A DNA stretch of 62,849 nucleotides, filler included, from Choristocarpus tenellus KU-1152 (GCA_964200185.2; 14 parts of 14 records of this genome joined end to end with filler, not necessarily neighbours in it); one strand, 5' to 3'; positions 12,301-26,218 are shown, counted from the first letter of the whole stretch. The notes: generated by a model not told the origin, from the letters alone. Numbers and translations: made by a program.

Positions 12301-13883
12301 GATGCTGCACTGAAGGTGATGATGTTGGGAAAGTTGAAAGCAAGCAGGGTCTTGCTGAGGTAGATGTTGATTGCGGTGATACCAACGGGGAGAGGGAGGT
12401 GTGTGAGAAGGGGGTGAGAGGGGGAGGGGGGAGAGGACTTCCACTGGAAATCGTGGAGGAGTTCACTGAGAGGTTTGTGAGGCGTGACATGGCGCTGGCT
12501 GGGAGGGTCAAAGTGGTGGAGATGCTAGTTAACAGGTTGAGTGTGATGACTGCATGTGATGTGTGTGTATAGATTTGCTGTTGGTGTATTGACCTTTCAG
12601 TTTTAGATAGGATTTTTATCTGTAGTGTATGGTATGATGTAGCAATTCAGATTTTTTTTTACATGCACAAACACATGCGTGTGCAGAGGAGCTATTATTA
12701 CCACCAAGTATATCCATTTTGATGTGAACTATCTGTGACAATCCGATCGAAATACATGCCATTCACATGTACACACAGATGCCTACCACTTTGCATGTAT
12801 ACCCACTTCCCCACCATGCACATTTTTGACCTCCCCGTCCCCCAAGTCATGATACCAAAAATGCTGTACTACTATTTGTCAAAAGCAGTAACATACATAC
12901 CCCAATTTTTCAAGGGCCTAGATGGTTCCACTTTCAGCATTCACTCAGCTTCTAACCCTAACCCTACCTCTATTTATGACTGTTGGTTATGGTAACAGAG
13001 TCACAATAGCTGTTGTTGTCCCTGTTGTGGTTAGAATGAGTCGCGGAGGGAATTTCGACTGTGCAGTTGAGTTTTGCAAAACTATGAACACTTACAAGAA
13101 AACAGTTATGGTTCAGTTATGTTTATAGTTTCAATTGACCTCACATTATGTCGGAGTCCATGGTGAGAGTTCTGTTTTTGATGGTACGGTTATGGTTGTT
13201 GCTTTCAATTCATGGTACTGTTTCATTTTGGATTTTGACAGTACAGCTATGGTTGCACCTATTTTCTATTTTTGAATTGAAATGTGTCTAATTTCTGAAT
13301 GTACCATTTAAATGCACGTTGTATAATTGATGCCATTGTGTATCTAGGCTTTAACTTTTTAAATAAAAATTGTACAACAGTACCAGGGCAACAGTTAAAC
13401 ATGAAATATCACTCTAGCACTAACGATATGGTAAGCAGTAAGTGTGCCACTGGACAGTACAATTATGCTGTTGTTGCGATATTAGTTAGAACAACTAGAC
13501 TGTGGTATTGTACTAGATACAAAACTGCCAGCTCGTACTGACTGTTGATTGGTTCAATGCACTGGTTGTACTGTCTGGACAATAGGTTACAGTGAGATGA
13601 AATGAGCCCATGTTCACCATTGTACAATTGGGAATCCTAACGGTTACATGGTTTTTCAACGTCTTCATAGTTTTCCAACGGTCTGGTTGTAGATTATTTT
13701 CTGGCAGTAGGGTTGCGAAATATACTACTGTAGATATATTCCCAACAGTAGCTGCAACAGTGAAATGACTACGGGGGTTTCTAACCATGTAGGCCCTTAC
13801 AATTTTAGGCACTGTCTTGATGTAATTCCCTTCTCTACATTGATTTCCCTCCCTCCTCCTCCCCCCCCCCCCCCCCCTTTTTC

Positions 13884-13917
<34 letters not shown>

Positions 13918-13952
13918 TTTTTTTTTTTTTGTTGGTATGCATCACTGCGCAG

Positions 13953-15616
13953 GCTTGTGTACTTTGGTGGCTTTCGAGTCCTCTACGGGTGGCTTGGGGA
14001 TGCTTGGGAGAGCTTCAAGGCGCACAAGTCTGCCCTATCTCCTCCCTCTGATCAGTGCAGCACCGCAGGCATGGGTTATGTGGAGGAGCTACTTGGGGTC
14101 CTCAGTCGACTTCCGATGTCAGTAGACATGCTGAGGGAAACGGTGCGGAAGACTGCTGAACCAGGGGGGTGGGGGGGAGGGATACTTCTTTTATGTTCAC
14201 ATCCGCCATGTTAACCTGGATTCTCATGTCCCAATATTTCCTATATATATCCTTTGGGGTACACCTTAATTTGTTTATTCCTCATGATTACCCTCATTCA
14301 ACCACAGTGAAGACCCAAATAGTAAAAGTATGATGCTGTCCATAACCCTTGCTTCCAATTGACTTTTCGTTCAGTCAGATTGCGTTTTTTGTTGTACTTC
14401 AAAATTTTGTTTTCTAATCCATCTCCTCAACTCCCCTCTGTCCTCTGCCCATCTTTTTGTTCCTGTTGCTGGCACCCAACTCCCATTTACTCTGACCCCC
14501 CTGAGTGCAGCATTGCAAGCAAGACGTGGCACGGTTGGCCAAAAAGATGAGACATTTTGGAAAGCGTCACGGCCTGGGCTCAATCTTGGCTGCTACAGAG
14601 CGACTGCATGCTCACCTGCATGACATCATCACCCAAGGGGTGCAACAGGGTGTGTTTCATATCCCTCTCTTGATGCTCTCTTTGCCTTGTTGGCTGTTGT
14701 CACCCATCACTGTCTCTCTCAAATTTAAATTTATTTAGTTTTTTCTTGGGTATGATGCTTGGATGCTCTGGGGCCCTGGCCCATGGATTGGATCATGTCC
14801 TGGTCCACAACAGTAGCAGTAGTGAGTTCAGAGAACAAATAGAAGGGGGCCTTGTGGATTTGTGCGTTTTCATCGAGTGTCCCAATCCTTTTTGTAAGAA
14901 AACTATCTTTGTTGCTTTCCATGTTTATTTACAGTGTTTTATTCTACTGTAATGCTATTATGCATGGTAGAATCTGCCAGTGAACAAAAACTTGCGCCTG
15001 TGATAGTATTCAGGTTATTGTCACTTTTGTAAAACATACAAATCACACAGTTCATATTTTTTCTTGGTCTCAAGATATATTCTCCCCTGTGTTGATCCCA
15101 GGAAGTTCGTCTGCTTCCAATTGACCTACTACTCATCTCACTTTCTATTCTAAAGTTGATAGCCTTTATCCTCCTACCTTACATCTTGCCAGATGTTCTT
15201 CCCCAATGATGGCCCTGAGGTGCCTGTATAACCCCCCCCCACTCCCAAAAGGTGCGCAACTGCTGTCCCCCTGTCTACGCATTCGTTGTACTTCGCAGTA
15301 GTCCACATTCCCCTCTTTATGCTCCCCCCACTGATATGTGTGTGATTTGGATCTGTCTGTTTGCTTCCACTTTCTAAGGTAACTCAAATAGAACTAACTC
15401 AAGACAGCGGTGGAGGGAGGTTACTGTGCCCCTGCCCTACCCCAGACTGCTCACAAGGGCCTCCTCCCGTCACAAGAAGCATCGAACCCCCACTTGGCAG
15501 CAGGGCAGCAGTGGTGGAGGGTGGGGGGGTGGGGGCGAAGGGGGCGTGAGCGTTCACCGTGAAGGGAGGGTGCGAGGGGGAGGGTGGGGTAGGGTGAATG
15601 GGGGGGCCACGAAGGG
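13953..15616 (+). CDS. TFIIS N-terminal (LW) domain-containing protein; exons 13953-14142, 14511-14649, 15379-contig end (partial)
   Basis: Phase-compatible spliced exons give LVYFGGFRVLYGWL...VEELLGVLSRLPMSVDMLRET|HCKQDVARLAKK, matching the gGl..L..WL...L..LP...d.L..t.igk.V..L pattern of TFIIS-N domains (IWS1/PNUTS/SETD2-type). Confidence 0.65.
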
Positions 15617-15716
15617 NNNNNNNNNNNNNNNNNNNNNNNNNNNNNNNNNNNNNNNNNNNNTTAATTAATTAANNNNNNNNNNNNNNNNNNNNNNNNNNNN
15701 NNNNNNNNNNNNNNNN

Positions 15717-15788
15717 CATATGTATATAGTTTTCATTGGTTTCCCCCTGACACATCTGCAAAATGTCAGAGGGCATAATAATATAATA
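15717..15788 (+). repeat. CRE-like LINE tail unit at contig start
   Basis: gttttcattggtttccccctgacacatctgcaaaatgtcagagggcataataata, identical to the cores at 37877 and 46587. Confidence 0.9.
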
Positions 15789-16512
15789 GTATTAGTAGAA
15801 ATAGTGGTTGTAGTAATAAGCTATATATATCTATCTTATCTCCAACAATCACCAACCCACTACCACCATACAACTACACCACAACTTTATATAAATATCT
15901 TCCTTCTCAGGTCATCATCACTTTGTCCCATCTATAAAATGTAACATCAACAGCATCGTCACGAATTGGCGGCATTTCATTGATCAAACCCTTGAACTGA
16001 CTTCGACCAAAACTACTCAGAAATGAATTAAGTAGAGTATTCAATTTGGAGACGTTCTTGAGGTTCTTCAGATTTTCAAAATATCGGAAATCTTTCCAAA
16101 TAGTTCGCCACGTTGACATATCACGAATTTCCCCGCTCATTTCATGATTCCAAATTTATAATCTACCAACTCTATGTTGGAGGATCTCAGGTCTGAGGTG
16201 GCTGATCCAGGTCAGCAAACCATTCAGAAGATGACTTCTCACGTGGTACCTTCACCTGCAGAATACTCCGGACTAGCCCGGCAACACCGGCCAAGGTCAA
16301 CCAAAGCTGAGAAATTGGTCCATAAACTCGTAGGTTCCAATCGGTCCCCAGAATTTATCTACAAAAACAAGACCACCCCGTTCAACGACTACTCTCTGGA
16401 GTCTCCTCCCGTGAAGAAATCTGTGGTGTTGAGTGGCTACTCATCACCTCATCAGCGCATACCTTACAAGGTTGATGAAGGCAGTGAGGAGAATCTGAAA
16501 ATTCGATCAAGG

Positions 16513-17785
16513 ATGGCGACTGGACGGTCCGATCACTCTCCGAGACCACCTGTGGTAAGAGAAAAGGAGATAGGTGCACCCCAGTTCGAATTGCCAAAGG
16601 GATTGTTTTCCTTACCCCTACCCATGGACACCCAATGTTGCAGGTTATTCGGAGAGAGCAGTGCGGATGGTACACCTCACACTACTGCGAGGAAAACGTA
16701 ATACGTCTTTGCAAGACAATTGCTGAAGGAAAATCCATCAACTTGGACAACCTCTACATCGTGTTCATCTCCAATCGCAAAAAACAGGTTCCGCTGTGGT
16801 GCCAACGACTATCCGGGAATGATAGGGAGCCAGTGCTCTGGGATTACCACGGTAAGGCGTGGTGACCCTCTCTCTTGGAATGCTAGGCTGATTCTCCTTA
16901 CTGCTCGTCATCATCTGTGGAGATCCTGGTCCCAAACCACATTTCTAGGACATGATATCCCTTCCTGTAAAGGTCTTTGCCCCTATCTACTGGACAATTT
17001 CAACTTGTACGACTCACTGTGACTCTCAATATCGAAATCCTAAAATCTCCAAGGGTCTAAAGTAAGCATTGCTCTCTGGCCATTCCGTCTATGCGGGAAC
17101 GTCATCGGAAACATGTCCTGAAACCGTTCTGTTTCAAAGTTCTGTGTGGAATGTCGACAAGTAATATGCGTGTGATCCCCCAACGCCTCCACCTTTGGAT
17201 CTGAAGTTCCGACCATGTTATCAACTCTCGACGAGTATCGCCTTTGTTTCATTGCAGCATCTCCGTCGTGGTATCAGGTTTGACCACCTGCTAATACTGC
17301 TCCCCACGCTTGACATTTCTTCCGCAGTTGTACTCGTTGCGATTCACGACGGGACTTTCTGGATTTACGACCACGACTCTACCCTTCCCTTCCCATGCGA
17401 GGCCTCTACATACACCACGCAATCCTTTCGCAGGGATGCAGCACTCAACGCGAGCTATCAGCAGTAAGTACCATGTCCACTCTACTTTACACCAGCTCAA
17501 GTGTGACAAACCATTTTTGTACGAGGGAGCATCTTATCCTTACTGCATGTCCCTCTTTTTCCATGCAAACAATTCAAGTGTAAGGACTCTGTCATTGATA
17601 TTTTACTGCATTGAAAATCTTTCTATTGTCCTTAGTGAGCTCACCTATGCTCTCTCCAATTGTTGAAGGTTCTTCCGTGTGGTAAAGGCAAAGAAATGTC
17701 TGGACCACTTCGCATCCAACCGTTCCCACATGAGGCTACATGGAGGAGGCTACAGTGCTCCCCCTCCAGAAACCTCACCAATAAG
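16513..17785 (+). CDS. NTAQ1: Protein N-terminal glutamine amidohydrolase; exons 16513-16554, 16644-16851, 17328-17463, 17669-17785 (last exon not located)
   Basis: The spliced product contains YTSHYCEENV, VFISNRKKQVPLW, PVLWDYH|VVLV, IYDHDSTLPFPC, FRVV...FASNRSHM and APPP, the hallmark WDYHV1 motifs, with the Cys-His-Asp triad. All splice phases are compatible. Confidence 0.95.
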
Positions 17786-20700
17786 GTAAATACATTTCGG
17801 TCAGAATCTATAGTTAGAAAAGGTATGTGAAATGTGATTAATGTGTATTTTACTTGATAGTTTGAGCACTGCATCTGGCTTCATCTTATTACTTGATGGA
17901 GGATTCTTCAGGGTAATAGCACTATCAGCAGTTAGAACTTACTCCCCATATGCAACTTAGATGCGTGTGACCTCAGAACCCTTTGGTGCTGCAGTATGAG
18001 GCTGATCATTCCTGTCATGGTGTTCTTCATACCTGACTCCCAGAAAATTGCAATGTAGAGCAGAATTTCTTTGTTATATCTCTGTTGACAGGCCACCCTC
18101 TTGGACGAATTGTTGCTTTTAATGCAGCATGTCATTACTTCACTTTGTGAAAAAAACTTCGTGAAAAAAAACTGTCAACTTAAGTATTATTTTATTTCAT
18201 GTGTTGTCACACACACAACTGTTATCACACTTAGAATTTGACCCATACATTATTTTTGATTAGTATGCAGGTAATGCCTAGAGTCTAATCTGTTCATGCA
18301 TGACCCTTTCGAATATTACTTGCCTAATGAAGCAGAGGACGGAAAGCAATGAAGGCGCATAATCTTGGAGATTGGATCAATATGATTCCTGGGACTTGGA
18401 AGGGTGATGTGATGGACCTCAACGCATTTGAAGTGTTCCTGAACCCTGCCAGATTTAGATGATGATAGGGCACATAGAGCTACCTCCAGTGCTCTCCTCT
18501 TGGTGAAGCTGGGGTCTACCTGTAGTTTGATTTCTGTTGTTTCATTAGGGCGAACTCTTACAGGCTGCTTGCGCATGGATTGCATGCAACTTTGCAGCAG
18601 TGAGTAAGTATTCCGTCTCCAGATTAGGTAGGACTTCATTGTGCATTTCTTAAACGCAGATCAACAGTATTGAGTGTCACGTGCATATTTTCAAGGATAC
18701 CCCTTTAAAGGGGGCTACTGAAGGAGTGCACTGCTCCACTTACATGTTCACCTCTGTGGACTTCAGTCCTATGACAGTGGAGTCCAGAGAATACCAGTTT
18801 GATGTTCTTTTTTGCAGTACTGCCTCCAGTCGAGCAAGAAAAATTGCCTTCAATAGGGCCATTGAGTTGTTGACAAGTTCATATTCAGTCATGCATTCAT
18901 AGGTGCACGGAGAGAGAGAGAGAGACAGTTGTATAACCTTTTTTTTGGTTACAATGAGGGCTAACACATACTTGTTCATTGTGCTGTACTCTTAGGATTT
19001 GGTGATGCTGGTACACCAAGCTTACGTTTACATACTCCATGGCGAAATCGTCCAAACTGCACACAAATTTGTGACGTGCCGCCTGGAAAATTTTTGAAGA
19101 TTTAGACGATAGCATGGTCTTGTCTGCAGATGCAGGTCTTTGCTGACTGAGGTTAAACGGGTGCTCTGGTTCCTCTGTCAAGTGGCTATTTTTTTAGCTG
19201 CTTGTTCCAGATACCATGTCTGCAACAACTTGAATGTATGAGCACCCAACCAATTACTCAGGAATAGAGCTCAAGTAACATTTCAATTCAAGTTTTGTCT
19301 AGTAGTACAAAATGTCATGATCCTTTGGGGGGCTTTCAATGCCATATATATTTTAAAAAGGGGGCATTTGCTATGCTGTGTGAGTCCAACTTGATTTTAA
19401 TAAAGATTGACCTTACAGTTGATGAAAACCAAGCCCAGCGCTCTTGTTCTTTCTCATAAAGATGGCCAGGACATACTCCCTTGTCCCTTGTAGGAACATG
19501 TTGTATGTTTGAAAATAATGATAATTATACAGGAAAAGTATGCCTGGACATAGAGTTGAGCCATATCTCTCCATGATTCAATGTCTGCACAGATCCCCTT
19601 GAACCCGTTTTTTTTCAGTGTAACTGCACTCTAACCTCTGTTGCTCCTTTGAAAGCCCTCTCCTTCCGGTGTTGCTTGTTTACACTCTTTATTCCTTCAT
19701 GGCTTTCATTCCCCCTTGCTTACCTGTGTCAACACTGTGTACCATCAACTAGAGTGTCTTCCATATGAGGAGTGAATGTGCAGGTGATCTTCAGCATCTT
19801 AAGATTCCGGTTGTGGGGTGGTGCACAGGAGCACACAGTCAATACGGGCTGTGGACAGATGTGTGGTATGGAACGCAGCACTTCATAAACTAACCCTACT
19901 CTTGCCTACATCAAAAAATATCTGTGAGGCCCACCGTTCATCATACTACATAGAGCACTTAAACCAAATGAGGTTGCACACACACTCCCTACTGCCTTAC
20001 TACTGTTTCTCAAAGACTTCTAATTCTCGAGCTTTTCTGCCTGTGATATATGATTGATACAGTTTTCAGTTGGGTGGATCATTTTATGTCCCCAATGTAA
20101 ATACCAGAATAACCTTGGTGATGATGGTAGTCTTAACTGTGGTATTCTGTTCTCTGCTGAGTCCTAGTGAGTAGAGTTTGTATCTTAATTTCTTCCCCTT
20201 GAGATTTTTTCTAGAAAGGTTAATTGTCACATTTCTTCCTCATGCTTTCCCCCCCTTACTCTGTAGTCAAGGTGTCTGGCAGGGGGTGGGTTTGAACTTT
20301 TTTTTGCTAAGAGGCTTATCTATATGATGCTTGGCACCCCATTTTCATGGTCCAGATTCAGATGACCCCTGTCAAGATTCTGTGGCTTGATAAAGATATT
20401 GATTTTTGCCAAATTTCACAATAATGACACAAATTGCATCCAAGTCAAGAATCAGCAACCAAGATTCCGAATCATTAACAGCACCCCATCTAGGATACTT
20501 TGACTCCTTTGTTGTGTTGTATACTGCTTCTCATCTATGTTACCTTTTGACCAGGTCTTGAGACACCTTGCACTAGTGTGATGAGATAATAATAATGGTT
20601 AGTGTGCAGGCAGGGGTCTCTATGCCAAGATGTGCATCGAGGTCCAAGGTTGATGATATGACAGAAAAGGCGACCCTCTCCCATACACCAACACACCTTA

Positions 20701-21214
20701 GTGGTAGGCTGCCCAACATGAAGTAGGTGGATACCTCGAGACATCAGATGGGGTATCCATGATAAAACTCTGGTGATCCTGGACTGGTCTTTTTACAAAA
20801 TATTTTCCCCCGGTCGGTTCTTGGTCTTGTTCGGTTCAAATCTCTGGCAATTCTGGAAAAAATGTTATGTTAGTTGGACTGGCCATGTCAAGATGGGCCA
20901 CAGGCCAGGTCTGTAGCATCTACTACTAAATGCAATGTATGTTTTAATGGGGCTGTGGCCTGCATGATTCGCGGGTTCCAAAAACGTTTTTGACTACCTT
21001 GGAGAGACCATGTTGAAGCATCTTTCGTCAGAGCTGGTGTGTGGCAGCACTGTTTGCCTGGTTAAAACCCAGATGGCCCTGGACTGGCACTGCTTAGGCG
21101 CATTTCATCAAAGCGGACAGGTTCGCTTGAAATGCTCATGTAGCCCTGGTCTGGTCCTGTTTGAACACACTTCACCATGAGGAAGATGCTCAGGTGCAAG
21201 TTTCTCAAACATCA

Positions 21215-21900
21215 TGGTCTTGAGTAAGCAAATAATATCACCCATGTGCACAACGAAATCCGCAAACAGGGGCCTTACTTTGCGTGTAATAATTATCTCA
21301 ATCCCCTCGCACCCAGTTCACATAATCAGAGCGCCCCAGTAATGATAGATAGCATTTGTGTTGTAGGAATACGCAGTGTTGGGCACAAAGGTGCAAAATT
21401 GAGTCCTTTTTGAGTGTCTACTTCATGTATCCATATGACAAAGCCTTAACAAGCACTGCAGCCTTAAGCATCTAAGTCCTCATTTCAAATGGTACGTCAA
21501 TTTCCTGGTTGTATTGGGAAGTCTTCCGATACTTTGGAGCAATACACCACACCTGCAGTATCCATCAATCTATTGGTGGATCTTTTTGGTGATCCAATAT
21601 CATCAACTGATGGAGGCTTCAGGATGGGCCATGCTTTGTGCTTGTACTCCTGTTGTTTGTGGAACCCTGGCTGAGGCACATGATCTCCGTCTTTCTCTCA
21701 GACACGGCCACCCCCAATGTTTTAGACACGACTATGATCACGGCTATCATCTTGATCAAGTTTCCTCCTGCCCTTTACACAATGATGTTACTGCCCGCAT
21801 GACATATCGTCAATATACATAGGGCTTGGGCCACAACAATGAACAGTAATACTTCTTGCCAAGCAACAAGTTTCTGTCGCCCTTTCATCTTCCTCAATGA
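21215..21900 (-). mobile_element. Decayed RTE-type LINE, RT C-terminal half
   Basis: Frameshifted YIDD, NLIKMIAVIIVVSKTLGVAVSERKTEIMCL, MLKAAVLVKALSYG, TGCEGIE and ALFADFVVHMGD follow the RTE-clade YADD...GL.vs..KTE...LLYG..W...RM..RLPK layout. Confidence 0.75.
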
Positions 21901-23014
21901 TCTGGCATTTCTTCTCTGCTGTCTTGATGTTTTAGACAACTCTTTTTAGTGACACCCCATCTTCTGCGCTGAACCTCTTGCAAATATTGCAAGGTGTACT
22001 ATCTGTAATGGAGCCCTAGATACCACTATCCAGCAGCAGAACAAGGAAAATTAAAATGCAACATACCGTGGTGATAAACAACTGAGTGCTACTATTATTG
22101 TGAATATCATCGAACAGAGTTGGATATCCGTTATCTGGAGGAAAGAACGTCATGGTCGATGAGAACAATTTGCAGGCGAAACTATTGAAGCAACCTTTTG
22201 ATTATTAGGTTTTTTTAACTAAAACTTGACGGAAGGTGTTCTTACATCAATTAATTGTGAATCGTATGATTCTGTAGCGGTTGGTTCACTGAGGGAAGAG
22301 TGATGAAGAGAATCGCTGGGCAAGACAGGCTAGACGGACCAAGACGAATCGTAATGGAGAGGACAACATTATGATTGGAGAAGTGCAAGGGTACAGAGTG
22401 ACAAGAGGGGAGAACAACGATTCAGGGAGGGGGCCTCTCAAAGAAATAATATGTCAGGTATTGATTCCTCTCTGAATGATCATCTCCTCCTGTAAGGAAC
22501 CATGGTACTTCACCAACCGTGTCCCCAGAATTGTTGGAAAGAACAAACGGTACGATATCAGACAACCCTACCTTCCACACAACAATTGAAAAAGAAAAGT
22601 GTGTTCCTCCCCACAAAATCACAATATTCTAATCTTTCACATTTACAACAAGAGAAACTTATATTATAGGGGTGTTCCTAATATTGGTCTGACTTTTTCG
22701 CTGACATGTGTATAAAATGTTACAGCACATAACAAATATATACATATATTTAAAACACTGAGAGAACTGGATGGTTGTGATATTCAAGAAGTTAGTTCCC
22801 TACCTCTTCACAATGATATGTGATTTGGTATTATTAGGGTTCATTCTTCAAAATTATTCAGATATCAAATAATAGTATACATCAATATCAATAGGTGTTT
22901 TGAGTTTGGGGTACTAAGTGACGTACCCACTTCCTATATATTATTGTACCCTCACATTTTTTATATGTGTAACAGAAAAAGCCAGTTCTATATCACAATG
23001 ATTTCTTCATTATC

Positions 23015-23368
23015 ATATTATTATGCCTTCGGACATTTTGTAGATGTGTCAGGGGAAAAACCAACGAAAAACCATTCAAACGTTAGAAATTTGAAAAAGT
23101 AATGAAAGACTACCTACAAGCGATGTTACACCACTCCCCTCCTATGCCTCCAAACTAGGTTAGTCCTACACCACAAGGCGAGGAGCGAGGGAAGCAGCAT
23201 GCCAAGAATCTAACAGGGCCCCTCCTTGCCCATCTCCCTGGTGGTGTCTCCAGCTTAAAACACACGGCACGTCTTGAGAGAGCCACTTGTGTGGTGACAA
23301 ACAATATCTGTCGTAAACGTGATTTGACAGCTCATTTTCTACTGTAACCCCCCTTCCCTCTCCCCCCT
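23015..23368 (-). mobile_element. CRE-like LINE 3' fragment with tail, abutting a MITE-B end (23369-23411)
   Basis: Reverse complement matches 9080-9440 (ccctccttgcccatctccctggt...); tail attattatgccttcggacattttgtagatgtgtcagggg. Confidence 0.85.
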
Positions 23369-24992
23369 GATCTGGGGGGGGGGAGGGGAGTCTACACCAG
23401 GGTGTCCATTTNNNNNNNNNNNNNNNNNNNNNNNNNNNNNNNNNNNNNNNNNNNNTTAATTAATTAANNNNNNNNNNNNNNNNNNNNNNNNNNNNNNNNN
23501 NNNNNNNNNNNATGCATGCATGCATGCATGTGGGTATGAATGGAAGTGAGGAGATTGATGTCTTCAATCTAACTAAGGGTCATAGCTGGCTCAAATATAT
23601 CCTGTCTCAATCCTTGTTGTGTTGCAGTATCATTTTTTTTTTCAAGTTGCACTTGGAAAGAGGAGAACAAAGCATATATGCTTTCATTTGACTATTGCAG
23701 ATCTACGTATTTCATTTTAGGCAACTGATTACCCAACGACAAAGCCAAGAATTTATCCCTGACCACATGGCTTAGAAGTCTACATCAACTCAACCTCAGA
23801 ACGGTTCATTGCTACAGGTTGTGGAGAGCTTCTCCAATCTATGAATTGAGGTCTCTCTCGAAAATTTGCACTCAAAGTTCAATCCTTGTTGAAGATTGTT
23901 TGGATAGAAGACACTGATGAATTGTTACTCTTGTTTTTTCTCTACAGATGAGTCTCTCTAGACCTCTGATGATAGGGAAGCTCTCTTTCCTCGTATGCGA
24001 CTCTCAACACCCTGCGATGTCAGCATTGAAGATGAGGGGTTTTTCTTAACTGAGCACCCCCCCCCCCCTCCTCTGCGCAATCCATATCCATCACACACCT
24101 TCACTGACCTGTCGTCTCCATAGCAGGAGTCCTCTTCCCCTAGCTGGCCGCACTGCTCAAAGTACTCACACACCGAGCTGTAGTTCCCATATAGGTCTGA
24201 GCTAGTGTACAGCTCCGATGAGTTATCCCATTTTACTGTATCAGCATCTCTGGTATAAGATCTTCAACAGACATTTTCCGAGGGGCAACAAATTCTTGCA
24301 ATATTGTAGTAACAGAAGTGATTTCTACCACCAAAGATGTGTCGAGATGTGAGGTTTGAGGTTCTATCTTTGGGACACACAAGTGGACTGGTCATGCTCA
24401 TCAAAATATAGCTCACTAAGGCAGGCTTGAATTTCTTCTAGTCTTTCGGAAAGTTTGAACTTTCTCCCTCTGGAAATGTATTCTCTGCTGAGAATGTGTC
24501 TGGTGAAACCTTTTTGGTACCCGGAATTTTGTATCCGGAGCCCTAGCGGTTGTGTCTAGCTACCTTGAATACCTCTATGACACATGAGGTTATCCATCCT
24601 ATAATCTCCTTGCCTGCATACTTATTTATTGGAATGCACTCAACATTTAACTAGACATGGATAACAAGAATCAACATTTTCATCCCTTTGTCAAGGTAGG
24701 TGGATACCTTCTTACCAAGGAGAAAAGCTTGCTGAAATGTCTTGAGAGAGAGATGGTATGTTGTAGAGTTGATACCAACATCAATGATAACAGTAGGATT
24801 CAGGGAGGAGGGGAGGTTGTGCGGCCAATAATGCATTTTTTGCAAATGATTTAGAGTGATACGAGTATATTGATTTCTTTTTGATGATACTGATGTTGTA
24901 TTTTTTACCATAATATTACAAGGTTTCCATGTTGGCATGAATGACCCAGTACATGTAAGAAGCAGACTTCTAGATTGACCATCGATAGTTAC

Positions 24993-26218
24993 CTGTTCCA
25001 GGCCTTGGAGTACTCCGATATAATCACAAGGTCTTCATTATCTTCTAAGTATGGGCAGAATGGATAACTGTCTAGGCTTTCCTCGTACTCCAGCTTCTCC
25101 GATACTGTTACAGGAAGGATAGCCAAGGGACCCTCTTGGGAATTATACACAGGGCACATGTACGAACCAGTACTGTCCATTTGTGAGTACTCCTTAGGAC
25201 AGCAGCATATGGGGGTGTCCTCTGCGATTAGAACCATGGTGCCAACCAGGAGGGATGTGTGTTCGTAATCGCAAAGTGTCATGGACGTGTTTCCCTTCCA
25301 TGATAGTGAAATTGTGGTGGTTGTGTAGCCCGTGGTATTTGCATTCTCCACTCGTCTCTCTGCCAGTACCTCCTCTACCTCAACGTTGTAATTGCTATAG
25401 CCCATGTGGATTTCTAGAAAGGTTCCGCAGTGGTCATCCTCCGCGTAAGTACCTCCACACACCACAGAAATTGCTGTCTGGGAGTAGCCGACCGCTAGGC
25501 AGAGGTCAGAGACAATGCCGTCCAAGTCTTGACAGCTCCCCATGCCATTTACCGTCTGATTGTTGTCCAAGCAGGGTGGGACGCTAGAAGATCGCTGCAT
25601 CTTTTGACGGAATCCTGCACAGTAGCTATGAGGCACTCCTGCCCCAGTACAGATATCGTCAATAACGATCTCGTCGTCCGCAAGACGACTGTTGGCAGCA
25701 TCCACTTCCACCCCGTCCTTATCGACGATTACGACATTGGCAAGGACCTCGGTCGAATCCGCCATCAAGGTCTTGTCGACTATCCTGTATGAGGTTTCGT
25801 CAGGACTCGACATCATTGTATACTCCGGGGAGCCGAAGAAACGGTGACAGCAGTTATAGTCCCTGCTCTTGCATGGATCGATAATGATACCAATGGTATA
25901 GTCAGAGGAGTCAGGGTAATCATATTCATACACATCAGTGTCCTCGTATTGCCTCTCTGGAAAAAAATAATTTTCTACGTAGTCCCCTCCCTCGAGTGAC
26001 GAGGACAACGCTGCCTCTTCAATCGCCATCTGCTCATTGAACTTTGGGGAGTCCTCGACATATTGAGCCAACCCGGGCCAAATGCACCCCATAATAATCA
26101 CAGCACCAACAACAAGAGTGGAATAGGACAAAACCCTTCGCCTTCGGGGAGGGACCCAACATGGATCCCCCCACCATTCTCCGAGGTAGATCCACCAACA
26201 TAGTGAAGAGATTTGCAT
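24993..26218 (-). CDS. Uncharacterised Cys-rich, acidic, probably secreted protein; long first exon (partial gene)
   Basis: About 408 open codons; hydrophobic signal-like stretch RRRRVLSYSTLVVGAVIIMGCIWPGLA|QY; many Cys (PC...NCC, PPCLDNN, HCGTFLEIH, ICCCP, YMCP, PFCP); ends at donor AG|GTAACT. Start codon uncertain. Confidence 0.8.

Noticed and set aside
12054-12572. Overlapping Gly-rich and Pro/Ser-rich ORFs on both strands
   Set aside because: Low-complexity G/C-skewed sequence at the head of a decayed transposon-like region; no independent support.
15729-15783. Palindromic CTGACA...TGTCAG motif as a CRISPR repeat or recombination site
   Set aside because: It is dispersed, is contiguous with the LINE 3' UTR in long copies, and has an (ATA)n tail and TSDs, so it is explained as a retroelement end.
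16174-16701. 175-aa ORF upstream of NTAQ1
   Set aside because: It reads through NTAQ1 exon 1 and intron 1; at most an N-terminal extension, not a separate gene.
18130-19300. Possible hAT-like transposase relic on the minus strand
   Set aside because: Only vague similarity; no diagnostic motif or TIR pair could be confirmed by eye.
21270-21310. piggyBac catalytic-like motif DNYYT on the minus strand
   Set aside because: It arises from a frameshift inside an RTE LINE (TGCEGIE / ALFADFVVHMG); the flanking motifs are RTE, not piggyBac.
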